This document shows, piece by piece, positions 26,305 through 35,361 of a DNA stretch of 42,266 nucleotides. Where the stretch lies: contig NZ_DATMRL010000661.1 in assembly GCF_035566355.1 (NCBI RefSeq), positions 1 through 42,266 on the forward strand, in the 5' to 3' direction. Made by a program: the position numbers and the translations under genes. How positions within the stretch are numbered: the first letter of the stretch is position 1; each line of letters opens with the position of its first letter. Source of the stretch: Pedobacter sp. Its GTDB lineage: Bacteria; Bacteroidota; Bacteroidia; Sphingobacteriales; Sphingobacteriaceae. The notes below the pieces were generated by a model, which did no database searches, had not been told where the DNA came from, and worked only from the letters and a program-made list of their open reading frames with translations.

Positions 26305-27948
26305 ATGAAAAGAATCCCCCTATATTCATTTAGTTTCTTAACGATCATAATCTTGTTTACTTCATGTTCCTCCAAAAAAAACGGCACTTCCGATAAAACA
26401 GGAATGGCTTACAATAAAAAGGAGTACGGGGGATTTCAAGTTAACAATAAGTTTAAAAGAGGTCCGGGCCCCGGGCTCGTAGAAATTGAGGGTGGTGTTT
26501 TCGTGATGAGCGGCAGCGCTATAGAAGCACCCGGTCAGGAACTCGGAAATTACAACCAGAAAAGAGAAACTACAGTTTCTTCCTTCTATATGGACGAGAC
26601 AGAAGTCTCCAACACCAACTGGCTCGAGTATCTGGACTGGATCAGAAGAACTTACCCGAATGACCATGAATACTATTATGATGAAATTCCGGACACCCTG
26701 GTTTGGCGCAGACCGCTTTCCTATAATGAGCCTTATGTAGACAATTACCTGAGACATCCGGCCTATCAGGACTATCCTGTAGTTGGTGTAACCTGGGAGC
26801 AGGCCAATCGTTATTGCGCCTGGAGAACAGATCGGGTCAATGAACTTCTGCTTCGCGACCGCGGTTATATGACTTCCTTTAAAGATTTAAACGGTGGTGG
26901 AAAAGGTGCTGCTATCGCCTCCTCTCCAAAACCAACAGAGCCCTTTAATACAGACATGTACCTGAATGGCCAGATTGATGACAAAGGGAAAAAAGCAATG
27001 AAAGACCTGAGTCCTTCAGCCACCCAAACCACCAACAACACCAGGAATGCACCAACCCGTACTGTAAGGCTCGAAGATGGTATTCTAAAACAACCTTACC
27101 GCCTACCTACAGAGGCCGAATGGGAATATGCTGCCTTGGGTCTGATTGGAAATACCCAATACGAAAATATCAACACCAATAAAATCTATCCATGGAACGG
27201 CCTTGGTCTGAGTTCTGCAAAGAAAAAGACAAGAGGTATGATCCTGGCCAATTTTAAACGCACAAAGGGCGATTATATGGGTGTAGGTGGAGCGTTAAAC
27301 GATAAGGGAGGAATTACAGCTCCGGTAAGATCTTACACGCCAAACGATTTTGGGCTGTATAACATGGCAGGAAACGTAAATGAATGGGTTGCCGACGTTT
27401 ATCGTCCAACCACATTTGAAGCCGTGGACCCGCTGAACCCTTACCGCGGAAACTTCTACCAGGATAAAAAGACAATGGATCCCATCACAGGAAAAATTGC
27501 CAAAGATAAATACGGAAAACCGATTCTGTTGCCTGCAGTAAATGCTAAAAAGCAAACCTGGGCAGAGCGTCAGGCAGGAATCCCTGCGGGAAGTGCCCCG
27601 GTTACTGCTCCTGCAGTTACAGATACGGCAGCTAAAGCAAAACCTGCTGCTGCAGCCCCTTCTAACACCTATGCAGATCAAAGAGGCTACAGGGACCGCG
27701 AAAACGGCCTTTACGGAGAAACTACACTGGTCAACAATAAATCAAGAGTGTATAAAGGAGGCTCCTGGAATGACCAGGCCATCTGGTTAAATCCGGCAGC
27801 AAGACGGTTCCTACAACAGGATGAATCCTCTGCAGATATCGGTTTCCGATGTGCAATGACTATGCTGGGTGCTTCAGAAATCAGTACCGCAGGGAAACGC
27901 GAATTCAAAGTAAAACCTCAAAAGAAATTCAGTTCAAACAAGTTCTAA
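26305..27948 (+). CDS. gldJ: Gliding motility lipoprotein GldJ (FGE-sulfatase domain)
   Basis: Lipobox FTS-C; FYMDETEV, PDTLVWR, YLRHPAY..YPVVGV, YRLPTEAEWEYAA, GLYNMAGNV.EWV and IGFRCAM; divergent from porV. Confidence 0.85.
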   Translation: MKRIPLYSFSFLTIIILFTSCSSKKNGTSDKTGMAYNKKEYGGFQVNNKFKRGPGPGLVEIEGGVFVMSGSAIEAPGQELGNYNQKRETTVSSFYMDETEVSNTNWLEYLDWIRRTYPNDHEYYYDEIPDTLVWRRPLSYNEPYVDNYLRHPAYQDYPVVGVTWEQANRYCAWRTDRVNELLLRDRGYMTSFKDLNGGGKGAAIASSPKPTEPFNTDMYLNGQIDDKGKKAMKDLSPSATQTTNNTRNAPTRTVRLEDGILKQPYRLPTEAEWEYAALGLIGNTQYENINTNKIYPWNGLGLSSAKKKTRGMILANFKRTKGDYMGVGGALNDKGGITAPVRSYTPNDFGLYNMAGNVNEWVADVYRPTTFEAVDPLNPYRGNFYQDKKTMDPITGKIAKDKYGKPILLPAVNAKKQTWAERQAGIPAGSAPVTAPAVTDTAAKAKPAAAAPSNTYADQRGYRDRENGLYGETTLVNNKSRVYKGGSWNDQAIWLNPAARRFLQQDESSADIGFRCAMTMLGASEISTAGKREFKVKPQKKFSSNKF

Positions 27949-27974
27949 ATAGAACAAGCTTCCTGACTTATATA

Positions 27975-28007
27975 GAAAAAGCCCTCCAGACAAAAGAGGG
28001 CTTTTTC
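27975..28007. terminator. Bidirectional intrinsic terminator
   Basis: GAAAAAGCCCTC...GAGGGCTTTTTC between convergent genes. Confidence 0.85.
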
Positions 28008-28030
28008 ATGTTTATTCCCACGGAGCGGTA

Positions 28031-28531
28031 TTACGAAAACTGCAGCAATACTGCATTCTTATCCACCTTTTCCCCGTGTTTAACAGCAATCTTTTTCACT
28101 ATACCATCTGTACTGGATTTTATAATATTTTCCATCTTCATAGCCTCCAGCACCAATAAACTATCTCCTTTCTTCACTTCCTGCCCCTCAGTAACCAGGA
28201 CATTTAACACCAGGCCAGGCATTGGCGCTTTGATCTCCTGCACCTTGTTTGCCGACAAATTATCCATTCCAAGTTGCTTCAGCAACTGATCAAACTGGTC
28301 CTCCACGTTAACAACGTACATTCTTCCGTTCACTTTAACCTCCAGCTGCTTTGCATCCCGGTCTTCAGAAACCATTTCTATACGATAGGAACGGTCCTTA
28401 TAAATCATATGGGCATGGCCACCTGTCAACACAGCTCTATCTACATTCAACATTTCCCCGTTCACTTTCAAGCCCTCTTGTTCTGCTTCAATTTCGAAGC
28501 TGTACCGATCGTTTACTTTTACTTTGTACAT
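28031..28531 (-). CDS. Biotin carboxyl carrier protein (acyl-CoA carboxylase subunit)
   Basis: APMPG and biotinylation motif EAMKMEN. Confidence 0.92.
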   Translation of the reverse strand: MYKVKVNDRYSFEIEAEQEGLKVNGEMLNVDRAVLTGGHAHMIYKDRSYRIEMVSEDRDAKQLEVKVNGRMYVVNVEDQFDQLLKQLGMDNLSANKVQEIKAPMPGLVLNVLVTEGQEVKKGDSLLVLEAMKMENIIKSSTDGIVKKIAVKHGEKVDKNAVLLQFS

Positions 28532-28533
28532 AA

Positions 28534-29193
28534 TTATTGTGTTAAAGCATATTGTATTAGATTTGCGCCCATTTTAAGCGCCTCTGTTCTCTTTTCTTGT
28601 GTATCGCCAGGATAAGTCCCATAGTCTTCCCATCCATTCCCCAGATCGCATTCATAGGTATAAAAACACACCACCCGGCCCTTCCAGATCAAAGCAAAGC
28701 CCTGTGCCCGCTTTCCATCATGCTCATGAATCTTTGGAAGTCCATTGGGAAACTTAAAGTGCTGCTGGTAGAGCGGATGGCTGACCGGCAGTTCCACGAA
28801 AGACAATTCGGGAAATACCTTTTTCATTTCCTTGCGGATAAACTTATCCAGCCCATAATTATCATCGATGTGGAGAAAACCACCACCAACCAGGTATTTT
28901 CTGAGGTTTGCCGCCTCCGCATCACTGAATACCACATTGCCATGTCCTGTCAGGTACACGAACGGATAATCAAAGATTTCAGCACTTCCAACCTCAACCG
29001 TTGCCTCATCAGTTGAAAAATTTGTAAAAATGTTTTGGTTGCAAAATTTCACCAGGTTAGGTAAGGCAGTACGGTTACCATACCAGTCACCTCCACCACT
29101 ATACTTCAGTTTAGCAATTTTATAGGTAGGCGGGCTGAAACTGCTCAGCAGCAAGATCAGTCCGGCAAAGAAAACAAGCTGTCTGGTGTTCAT
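28534..29193 (-). CDS. DUF4159 domain protein
   Basis: Signal peptide; KYSGGGDWY, YPFVYLTGHG, YL.GGGFL.IDD and DLGNGW. Confidence 0.8.
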   Translation of the reverse strand: MNTRQLVFFAGLILLLSSFSPPTYKIAKLKYSGGGDWYGNRTALPNLVKFCNQNIFTNFSTDEATVEVGSAEIFDYPFVYLTGHGNVVFSDAEAANLRKYLVGGGFLHIDDNYGLDKFIRKEMKKVFPELSFVELPVSHPLYQQHFKFPNGLPKIHEHDGKRAQGFALIWKGRVVCFYTYECDLGNGWEDYGTYPGDTQEKRTEALKMGANLIQYALTQ

Positions 29194-29894
29194 CGATTTA
29201 AGTAATTCACCTCAAAACAGACTGCAAGTGCTGCAGTTTCGGTTCTGAGCCGGGTATTACCTAAAGTTAAAGGTTTAAAACCATTTTCCAAAGTCAGGGC
29301 AATTTCATTTGGACTGAAATCTCCCTCGGGGCCAATTAAAATGGTATACTGTTCTTGCGGCCGGATCAGCTCGCTGATGTATTGTCTGGGTTCACCATCC
29401 ACGCAATGTGCAACCATTTTAGTTCCGGCATGACTTTGCTTTACAAAATCAGTTAAGGATACAGCTGCGTTAAGTACCGGATGATAGGCCTGCAATGATT
29501 GTTTAACGGCAGAGGTGATCACTTTGAACAAGCGATCCTCTTTAACCACTTTACGTTCTGAACGCTCACAGATAATTGGCGTAATCTCGTCAATTCCAAT
29601 CTCTGTAGCCTTTTCCAGAAACCACTCTATCCGGTCGATATTTTTAGTAGGTGCTACAGCAATGTGCAGATGATGGTTTCTCTTTTGATATTCCTGCTGC
29701 ACATTCAGTACATGAAGGGAAACATTTCTTTTGGTTTCCCGGATAATTTCCGCCTCATAAAATCCACCCTTTCCATCAATCAGAAAAACGTGGTCACCAA
29801 GTGTCAGACGTAATACTTTTGTACAATGCCTGCTTTCCTCTTCATTTAAAGTATACTGATCAGCATTGATATCCGGCGTATAGAAAACATGCAT
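29190..29894 (-). CDS. rsmE: 16S rRNA m3U1498 methyltransferase
   Basis: HC.KVLR, EKATEIG, IGPEGDFS and LGNTRLRTETA. Confidence 0.95.
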   Translation of the reverse strand: MHVFYTPDINADQYTLNEEESRHCTKVLRLTLGDHVFLIDGKGGFYEAEIIRETKRNVSLHVLNVQQEYQKRNHHLHIAVAPTKNIDRIEWFLEKATEIGIDEITPIICERSERKVVKEDRLFKVITSAVKQSLQAYHPVLNAAVSLTDFVKQSHAGTKMVAHCVDGEPRQYISELIRPQEQYTILIGPEGDFSPNEIALTLENGFKPLTLGNTRLRTETAALAVCFEVNYLNR

Positions 29895-29905
29895 GTGCAG
29901 AAGGT

Positions 29906-31231
29906 TTAATGATTATCGACCTGATCTTCTTTAGCAATCACCAGTTCCAGTTTAATGGTCTCAATATTCTGCTCCGTCTTTTTCAAAATGGTAAACAGAT
30001 AACCATAACATTCCTCGCTGTCTCCAACTTCCGGAATTCTTCCAAAAGCATGAGAAACCAAACCTCCAACGGTGTCAAAATCTTCATCTTCCGGAAGGTC
30101 ATGCGGCAAATGCTCATTCACATCGTAAACAGTTGCATAGGCATTGATGATAAATTCCGTATCGGAGATCTTCTCCACATTCGGTTTTTCCTCATCATAC
30201 TCATCCTGGATTTCCCCCACAATCTCTTCCACAATATCCTCCAGGGTCACCATACCTGCAGTTCCGCCAAATTCATCAATCACAATAGCAATCTGGATCC
30301 TTTTCTGCTGAAGTTCACTCAGCAGATCATTGATCTTTTTGGTTTCAGGAACGAAATAAGGTTTACGGATAATGTCCTTTAAAGTCCAGTCTTTATGACT
30401 CGCCAGTAAAGGCAATACATCCTTGGCGTGAATGATCCCTATGATCTTGTCAATAATATCATCATAAACAGGCAAACGCGAATACCCTTCAGCAATGATC
30501 TTTTCAATCACCTCTTCTTTAGGGGTAGATAATTCTATACCTGAAATCTTGGTTCTCGGAACCATGATGTTCTTCACCACACGCTCATTAAAATCAAAAA
30601 CGTTCCGGATCAGTTCATGTTCATTAGTATCCAAAGCACCACTTTCCTTTCCCTGGTCCAGCAGGTAGTACAGTTCTTCGGTACTGTGTACGGCTTCATG
30701 ACCGCCTACTGTATTGATGCCAAATGCCTTCAGGATAATATTGGCAAAGCCATTGAGCAACCAGATAAATGGCCTGAACACCACATAAAAAACCTGCAGG
30801 GGTAAAGACACAAATAATGTAGTTGCAACCGGCCTTTGTATGGCAACAGATTTTGGGGCAAGTTCACCAAATACAATGTGCATAACGGTGATGAAACAAA
30901 AAGCAATAATAGGCGCAGCAGTCTTTGAAAACGAATCTATAAACTCCGGAGAAGACCCCAGTACCGTTAACAGATTGTGTAAAAGATGCTCCATAACAGA
31001 TTCTCCAACCCAGCCCAAACCAAGAGACGCCAGTGTAATACCCAGCTGCGTTGCAGCCAGGTATCCATCCAAATGTTGGGTAATGTATTTGGCAATATTA
31101 GCTACTCTACTACCTGATTTAGCTTTAATCTCTATTTGTGAAGCACGGACCTTTACAATTGCAAACTCTGCTGCAACAAAGAAACCGTTCAACACAACCA
31201 GGAAAAAGGTTAAAAATATCTGAAAGCCCAT
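29906..31231 (-). CDS. CNNM/HlyC-CorC family transporter (DUF21-CBS-CorC, 'hemolysin family')
   Basis: NGFFVAAEFA, QLGIT, GELAPK, MVPR, YSRLPVY and DEFGGT.G.VT.EDI.EEIVGEI.DE. Confidence 0.92.
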   Translation of the reverse strand: MGFQIFLTFFLVVLNGFFVAAEFAIVKVRASQIEIKAKSGSRVANIAKYITQHLDGYLAATQLGITLASLGLGWVGESVMEHLLHNLLTVLGSSPEFIDSFSKTAAPIIAFCFITVMHIVFGELAPKSVAIQRPVATTLFVSLPLQVFYVVFRPFIWLLNGFANIILKAFGINTVGGHEAVHSTEELYYLLDQGKESGALDTNEHELIRNVFDFNERVVKNIMVPRTKISGIELSTPKEEVIEKIIAEGYSRLPVYDDIIDKIIGIIHAKDVLPLLASHKDWTLKDIIRKPYFVPETKKINDLLSELQQKRIQIAIVIDEFGGTAGMVTLEDIVEEIVGEIQDEYDEEKPNVEKISDTEFIINAYATVYDVNEHLPHDLPEDEDFDTVGGLVSHAFGRIPEVGDSEECYGYLFTILKKTEQNIETIKLELVIAKEDQVDNH

Positions 31232-31783
31232 TTAAGAATTATTTCTGAATGTTTTATCGTAAAGCTCTATGCTTTCATGGATCACTTTGTGTGCAAATTT
31301 TACACCCAGTAAATCCTCAATAGTTACATTTTTATTCTCCAGCGCCTTATAATCCTGGAAGAAACGCACAATTTCTTTCATAGTATGCGGAGGAAGCTCT
31401 GAAATGTCGTTGATGTAATTTACAGACATATCATTTTTAGCTACTGCAATGATCTTATCATCCTGTTCGCCATTGTCTACCATATGCATTACCCCAATCA
31501 CTTTCGCTTCGATAATAGAAAGCGGGTACACATCTACAGAACAAAGAACCAGGATGTCCAAAGGGTCATTATCGTCGCAATACGTTTGAGGAATAAAGCC
31601 ATAATTGGCCGGATACATTACTGAAGAGAAAAGAACACGATCTAATTTAATTAAATTGGATTCTTTATCTATCTCATACTTTGCTTTGGATCCTTTAGGA
31701 ATTTCGATAATTGCATTTACAAATTCAGGCAGTTTAGCGCCGGGAGAAACATTATGCCACGGATGGTGATCGTCTTTAGTCAT
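31232..31783 (-). CDS. ppa: Inorganic pyrophosphatase (family I)
   Basis: [30 protein letters not shown] and FFQDYK. Confidence 0.97.
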   Translation of the reverse strand: MTKDDHHPWHNVSPGAKLPEFVNAIIEIPKGSKAKYEIDKESNLIKLDRVLFSSVMYPANYGFIPQTYCDDNDPLDILVLCSVDVYPLSIIEAKVIGVMHMVDNGEQDDKIIAVAKNDMSVNYINDISELPPHTMKEIVRFFQDYKALENKNVTIEDLLGVKFAHKVIHESIELYDKTFRNNS

Positions 31784-31789
31784 TTTTTA

Positions 31790-32449
31790 TTAATCAGTGT
31801 TTGTTGTTTTATCATTATCGCTGCTCAGCACCTTCCCTTTAACAAAGGTATAAATCAAGGGGATCGATGTGATCACAATAAATCCAGTAATTATATATAA
31901 TAAATAAGCATTAATCTCTTTTTCAAATCTTTTACCCAAAAAATAGCCCAGTAAAGTTAAGGATGAAATCCATAATAATCCACCGGCTATGTTATAAAAT
32001 GCGAACCTTTTAAATTCCAGTTTAACCACACCAGCAAAAATCGGTGCAAAAGTTCGAACAATCGGTACAAATCTACCCATAATCAATGCAAATGCGCCCT
32101 GTTTATTGTAATATTCTTCCGCTGCCTTTAAATACTTCTTTTTAAAAAAGAAGGTGTCTTTTCTATGGTACAACACAGGCCCGGTTTTTCGCCCAAACCA
32201 GTAACCTGTAAAATTACCCAGCACTGCAGCTATAAAAAGCCCCAGAACCAGCACATAAATACTAACGTCTAATTTACCTGTAGCAACGAACATGCCAGCC
32301 AGGAACAACAGATAATCTCCGGGTAAAAAGAATCCGAAAAACAAGCCCGTTTCTGCAAAAATCACGAACAACACCACATAAAAACCACCTTCTTTTAGTA
32401 ATTTCTCAGGATCGATGAAGTGCTGTAATGAATTCCAGAATTCGTGCAT
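31790..32449 (-). CDS. DedA family membrane protein
   Basis: FAETGLFFGFFLPGD and RFVPIVRTFAP. Confidence 0.93.
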   Translation of the reverse strand: MHEFWNSLQHFIDPEKLLKEGGFYVVLFVIFAETGLFFGFFLPGDYLLFLAGMFVATGKLDVSIYVLVLGLFIAAVLGNFTGYWFGRKTGPVLYHRKDTFFFKKKYLKAAEEYYNKQGAFALIMGRFVPIVRTFAPIFAGVVKLEFKRFAFYNIAGGLLWISSLTLLGYFLGKRFEKEINAYLLYIITGFIVITSIPLIYTFVKGKVLSSDNDKTTNTD

Positions 32450-32495
32450 AGTTCAATTATTCGTAAAACTACAAATAATTATCAAGAGAAGCCCG

Positions 32496-33869
32496 TTATA
32501 TCAAATTTAAAATTATGGACGGAAATATGCCCAAAAGGACAGTAACAGCTACCGAAAGAACCAGTACAACTTTGTATTGCACAGGTGTATCCAGACTGAC
32601 TTCATTGCCTTCTTTAAAGTACATGGCCACAATGACTCTGAAGTAATAATAGAAGCCAACCAAGGCATTTAAAATTGCAAAAGCAACCAGGAAGATTCTA
32701 TAATCATTCATCACATTCAGGAACATGACATATTTACCGATAAAGCCCGCTGTTAAAGGAATACCTGCCAGAGACAACATAGCAACAGTCAGGACCAATG
32801 CGGCAAGCGGGTTCTTCTTAGCCAGGCCATTAAAGCTTTCAAAGTTATCGCTGCCTGTCTTTTGTTTCACCAGGATCAATACGCCAAAAGCCACAATACT
32901 GGCAAAAGTATAAGCAGAAGCATAAACAAGCACATCACCTGCTGATCTTGAAGTCAACGCCACCAGAGAGAATAATAAATAACCAGCATGAGAGATACTT
33001 GAATAAGCCAGCATTCTTTTGAAGCTTTTCTGGAACAGTGCCGTTACGTTACCAATCAGTAAAGTCAAACAAACAATGACCATCAGCGGTGGCAACCAAA
33101 AATCATGCAACGGAGCAAACGTATCGGCGAACAAGCGCAAAAAGGCTGCAAATCCCGCAGTTTTAACTACTGTAGACATAAAAGCTGTTACCAGGCTTGG
33201 AGATCCTTCATACACGTCCGGAGTCCAGAAATGAAAAGGCGCAGCACCTACCTTAAAACTCAGGCCGATCATCATTAAAATGATGCCCGGATAGAACAAA
33301 GGAGAAACCGCCGTATAATTTCCAACCAGGTATTTATTGATCACTTCTAAATCGAAAGATCCGGTAGCACCATAGATCAGTGTAATTCCAAACAACAGGA
33401 AACCTGTAGAGAAGGCACCCATTAAGAAATATTTCAGCGAAGCTTCATTGGAAGCAAAATTGTTTTTACGGATACCCGCCAGGATGTATAAACTCACCGA
33501 CATAATTTCAAGGCCAATGAACAACATCGACATGTTTTTATAAGAAACCATGATCACAATCCCAGCAAGGGCAAAAAGAATCAAAGTCAGATATTCTGCA
33601 ATATTTTCACTGTCTTTGGAGAAGTAGTTCTGTGTCAGTAATAAGATCAGAAGGGTACCCAAAATGGTCAGGCCAGAAAAAGCAAGCGCAAAATTGTCCA
33701 TTTGCATCATGCCGTAAAACACCTGATTGGTATTCCATGAGGTAACAACAAAAGCCAGTGAGGTAAGCAGACCAATAATGGAAATAGGTAATAACGCTTT
33801 TTTAGCTTTAAACAAACCTGCATAAAGAACTACTAAAGCTGTAACCGCAATTGTTATAATGATATTCAT
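32496..33869 (-). CDS. nuoN: NADH-quinone oxidoreductase subunit N
   Basis: EASLKYF, FKVGAAPFHFWTPDVYEG and KRMLAYSSI.HAGY; operon order. Confidence 0.95.
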   Translation of the reverse strand: MNIIITIAVTALVVLYAGLFKAKKALLPISIIGLLTSLAFVVTSWNTNQVFYGMMQMDNFALAFSGLTILGTLLILLLTQNYFSKDSENIAEYLTLILFALAGIVIMVSYKNMSMLFIGLEIMSVSLYILAGIRKNNFASNEASLKYFLMGAFSTGFLLFGITLIYGATGSFDLEVINKYLVGNYTAVSPLFYPGIILMMIGLSFKVGAAPFHFWTPDVYEGSPSLVTAFMSTVVKTAGFAAFLRLFADTFAPLHDFWLPPLMVIVCLTLLIGNVTALFQKSFKRMLAYSSISHAGYLLFSLVALTSRSAGDVLVYASAYTFASIVAFGVLILVKQKTGSDNFESFNGLAKKNPLAALVLTVAMLSLAGIPLTAGFIGKYVMFLNVMNDYRIFLVAFAILNALVGFYYYFRVIVAMYFKEGNEVSLDTPVQYKVVLVLSVAVTVLLGIFPSIILNLI

Positions 33870-33873
33870 TTCC

Positions 33874-35340
33874 TTAGTTTACCGATGTTAATTTTTGATT
33901 TACCTGTTCTATTAATTGTTGTACAGCCGCTTCAGATAAGTGAAGGACAGGCTTTGGATATACACCCAATACAATGATCAACGCACAAATGATATATAAT
34001 ACTAATTTTTCAGATCCTTTAATGTCTGTAAAGCCAATGGTCAGCTCGTTGGTTTTACCCAGCATAATGCCCTGATACATTCTCAGCATGTATACTGCAC
34101 CGAAAATGATGGTCAGTCCGGCAAATACCGCTGCCCACAGATTAAACTGATAAACGCCCATCAGCAGCAGGAACTCCCCGATAAACCCGTTGGTTCCAGG
34201 TAAAGCAACCGTACCAAACACGATGATCAGAAAAGCAATCGCCAAATGCGGTGCCTGGCTCGCAATACCACCCAGATCTGCAATTTTATTGGTCTTCATC
34301 CGGTTAAAAATGATGTCCAGAACAAAGAACAGACCGATCACATTGATACCATGGCTCAACATCTGGATCATCGCCCCTTGCATACCTTGAGTATTCAAAG
34401 CAAAGATACCTGCAGAGATCAGCCCAACGTGTGCAATAGAAGAATAGGCCACCAGCCTTTTTGCATTCTTTTGTGTAAAAGCAATAACAGAGGCATAAAC
34501 AATACCAATAATGGATAATATAATAGCTGTAGTACCCCAATCCTGAACACCTGCAGGAACGATTGGTAATAACCATCTGATCACCCCATAAATACCCATT
34601 TTCAGCATAATACCTGCCAGGAGCATCGTTCCCGTTGCAGGCGCCTCCGTATAAGTATCCGGTTGCCAGGTATGGAATGGAAATACCGGCATTTTAATCG
34701 CAAAAGCTATAAAGAAAGACCAGAAAATCCAACCTTGTTGTGTAGCATCCAGGTTCAGCTTATAAAAAGCCTGAATATCAAAATTGTGCGCCGGGTTTTG
34801 TAAGTACAGATAGATAATACCCAAAAGCATAAATAAAGAACCTGCGATGGTATACACAAAAAATTTCATGTTTACTTTAATACGGTCCTTACCTCCCCAA
34901 ACCGCGCAGATAAAATACACAGGAATCAATGCCGCTTCCCAGCCAATATAAAATAGAAAAGCATCTAAAGCGGTAAATACCACTAATAAACCAGCCTGCA
35001 TAAATAAGATCAGGGCATAAAAAGCATTTGCTCTTTTGTAATCATGCTGATAACTGGCCAGGACAATGATCGGAATCAAAACATTGGTCAAAAGGACAGT
35101 GATCAGGCTAATGCCGTCAATCCCCGCATGAAAATTAATGCCCAGTTCCTGGATCCACGGGCAGTTCACCACAAACTGAGTGCTGGCATCCGGAATAAAA
35201 TTAACCGCTACAACAGCTGTAACAGCCAAAGATACGATTGCAGAGATTAAAGCTACATATTTTGCTGCTTTGCCGGCAAACGCCGTCACTAAAGCACCAG
35301 CCAGAGGTAGAAATATAAGAAGTATTAAAAGTTGTTCCAT
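33874..35340 (-). CDS. nuoM: NADH-quinone oxidoreductase subunit M
   Basis: KMPVFPFHTWQPD, LKMG.YG and LPGT.GF.GEF; operon order. Confidence 0.95.
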   Translation of the reverse strand: MEQLLILLIFLPLAGALVTAFAGKAAKYVALISAIVSLAVTAVVAVNFIPDASTQFVVNCPWIQELGINFHAGIDGISLITVLLTNVLIPIIVLASYQHDYKRANAFYALILFMQAGLLVVFTALDAFLFYIGWEAALIPVYFICAVWGGKDRIKVNMKFFVYTIAGSLFMLLGIIYLYLQNPAHNFDIQAFYKLNLDATQQGWIFWSFFIAFAIKMPVFPFHTWQPDTYTEAPATGTMLLAGIMLKMGIYGVIRWLLPIVPAGVQDWGTTAIILSIIGIVYASVIAFTQKNAKRLVAYSSIAHVGLISAGIFALNTQGMQGAMIQMLSHGINVIGLFFVLDIIFNRMKTNKIADLGGIASQAPHLAIAFLIIVFGTVALPGTNGFIGEFLLLMGVYQFNLWAAVFAGLTIIFGAVYMLRMYQGIMLGKTNELTIGFTDIKGSEKLVLYIICALIIVLGVYPKPVLHLSEAAVQQLIEQVNQKLTSVN

Positions 35341-35361
35341 TATGCTTGTTTGAACGATCTT

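Noticed and set aside
26305-27948. Formylglycine-generating enzyme (sulfatase maturation)
   Set aside because: The lipoprotein signal, GldJ-type motifs and position next to porV indicate GldJ. The FGE catalytic Cys pair after RGGSW/KGGSW is absent.
29906-31231. 'Hemolysin' as a virulence factor
   Set aside because: The DUF21-CBS-CorC architecture is a CNNM/CorC-type Mg2+ homeostasis protein, and the hemolysin label is a legacy annotation.
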